Origin: Trichoplax adhaerens
Taxonomy: Eukaryota; Animalia; Placozoa
Length of the DNA stretch: 10,031 nt
Direction: 5' to 3'
Assembly (NCBI RefSeq): GCF_000150275.1
Contig: NW_002061122.1
Location: 1 to 10,031 of the forward strand
In this document: positions 7,826 to 10,031 of the stretch, one piece after another
Layout: each line of letters begins with the position of its first letter
How positions within the stretch are numbered: the first letter of the stretch is position 1
Program-made: the position numbers and the translations under genes
Notes under the pieces: generated by a model
Seen by the model: only the letters and a program-made list of their open reading frames with translations
Told to the model about the DNA's origin: nothing
Database searches by the model: none

Positions 7826-10031
7826 TTTTTAAACCACAAATTATCATTATAAAATGTTCCACTGCTATGATGCCGAAACTATTAAAGTTAATCAGAGTTA
7901 ATAGTAGAGTAAAATAATGACTTTAGCTCACGTTACTCTAGAACTTACGATTTTTAGAAAGGTACTACCGTAATTAATCTACTATTACGCTAGTATTCAG
8001 CATTATGTAAATTCAGCGAATGAAGCTGTAAATCGATTTATTCTTGAACTTTTAGAGACTTGGTCAACATCTTAACGTAAAATTTCGTAATAAATTGGAA
8101 GAATTGTATCGGAAGAACTTTAATGAAATTCGCCATCAATTAAAATTAAATTTATACGGTATTATCTTGTAGTATAGTATTTCGAAATCCTTTATTGAAA
8201 TAAATAGCCTTACATATTTTCACGTACTGAAATTAACAAATACTTTCATATTTTTAGCAATATTAGCACAGCAGCTAAAGCAGAATGATGATATCTTGCA
8301 AGTGATACAGGCATTGTAAGATCTCAATACCTAGACTATAAACGGAAAATTATGTAGTACTACGAGTAATATTTTATTAGATCTCGCAGCAAACTCCATT
8401 AAAATAACCTTATCAATATTTATGCATTATTTCTTGTAAATTAGAATAATTTTCTGCAGCTATAAAATTAGCATGATTTGATAAGCGTAGTAAAATTAAA
8501 GTGAAATTTTTGTGCATTTCCTTTTGCAAACAAACCACTTAATTTTAGCTTAACTGGTCTTTAAAAAACTTGATCGATTCTGTATAGCTATTTTCCATTT
8601 TCTAGTATTCCGATTATTAAATAAATGTATACATATATAGCCATTGCTTTGCCTACTCTATTCTAATTAAGGATATCATAATGTTAATAATATCTATCAT
8701 TCTACCTGTTTAGATAATATTTTCTCCTTTTGGCTAAATCAAATTCTACTCTAATTACTTACAGAGGCTTTCAAGAAGATCTAGATTATGGTATTATAAA
8801 CTACAATGACCATCTAGCTTATTTTTCATAATGCTAATTGATATTATTTGAATTTTATGAAATCATTACAATTAGGAAGAAATTTTAGAACTAAAGATAC
8901 GAACTTTCATTCAGTAGTTTATACATTGTATCAAAAATATCTGGATTCTGAAATAGGTATCTGCTGATAACTGGAAGTTTTTATATTATTTACCATTCTG
9001 TTCTTACGTTTATCACATAAAGGCTGGCTGGAATAACTTAGTGCAGATTCTAATCAACTTATTTCATTATGGAATATTGTCTTAAAACATTTTATCTCGA
9101 TGTCTATAAAATTACTTTGGAGACATATTTATACTTTAGTTAGGGCTTAAGTTAGCGTATACATAAACGTACAACATTTCTGTCAGTTACAATTGCTAAA
9201 ATTAATATTTACATGGCAATATAGACCAATATATTACTGGCCAAGATAGGATGAATCATTGCTGCATATATTAAAATTTTCTTGTTAATTGGATATTCGT
9301 AGACTGTTTTAACTGGATTGATATGTATGCGAACTATACACTATTATTGTTTTATATTTCAGTTATTGCTTTTTAACTTACAAAATTATTGCATAAGCAT
9401 GATCTGAGTATGTTGTTTAGTTTTCTAGTACTCAATAAAAGTTACCATGGTAGCGTAACTAAAACGATATGAAAAATAACAAGTCTTCAAATCCTCGTCC
9501 TTTGTATCTACTATATGTTTGTAATAATCTGCCCTATGAAAGTACCGTATAGAATTACTTTGGATTCAAATTTACTTTACAATATTTTAGTCATGATTAG
9601 CTTTAATTAACATACAAGGTAGTAAATGAGCCACCCTCAACATGCCTAGATAGATTAAATTACAAATTATTTCTGGTGTAGGCATCCAATAAATGACAAG
9701 CAGAATTCCACTTCACTACAATTGAGACATTTATATCAGAAATATTGAGAAAATTTTTTAATTAACTACAACTGTAGCAGTACTGATTTGAACGCGCTTA
9801 ATTTATTGGAGGAAATACCTTTAATCTTCATCTATAAACGGATAAATGGACTGCGATGAAAGCATGCTATAAGTATAATCATTAGAATTTAAGGTATTAA
9901 TTAATACGAAGAGACTATCAAATAGTGCTGTAGCCAATCAAACTATCAAAATTACAAATTCAAATTACCCACAATCACTGAAGGAAGGAGCATTCCGTAA
10001 GAACTGAATTTCTTAACAATTTCTTTGACTT

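Noticed and set aside
7862-7948. Possible 87-nt upstream intron (GTAAGT...CAG, minus strand)
   Set aside because: Plausible as a 5' UTR intron, but no consistent coding frame crosses it and there is no independent support.
8760-8970. Short exon-like open stretches on the plus strand (GFQEDLDYG..., GRNFRTKDTNF...)
   Set aside because: They cannot be chained into a gene model and are compatible with chance.
9969-10003. Possible 35-nt minus-strand exon (AG|...|GTAATT)
   Set aside because: Isolated at the window edge with no partner exons identified.
1-10031. CRISPR array, tRNA/rRNA genes or a prokaryotic operon
   Set aside because: No regularly spaced short repeats, no recognisable structural RNA motifs, low coding density, and spliceosomal-type introns are present.

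Overview
AT-rich window that looks eukaryotic: low gene density, ~90-nt GT-AG introns and no operon structure. The texture resembles a compact basal-animal genome such as a placozoan, but that is inference only. It has three main components. (1) A long intronless minus-strand ORF (ATG at 1750, at least 583 codons) runs off the left edge, so the ORF track missed it. It encodes three tandem CE-clan/Ulp1 (peptidase C48)-like repeats. Repeat 1 keeps candidate catalytic H/N/Q/C residues, while repeats 2 and 3 appear catalytically dead. (2) A diverged ~1.3-1.4 kb direct duplication (3629-4942 and 5460-6873) overlaps a 1075-bp non-coding element bounded by TGTCAG...CTGACA inverted repeats (5398-6472), which carries conserved minus-strand promoter-like and splice-donor motifs. 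A separate ~145-bp diverged repeat pair lies upstream of the long ORF. (3) A small spliced minus-strand membrane-protein gene (7276-7825) appears to carry a frameshift. I found nothing supportable in 8000-10031.
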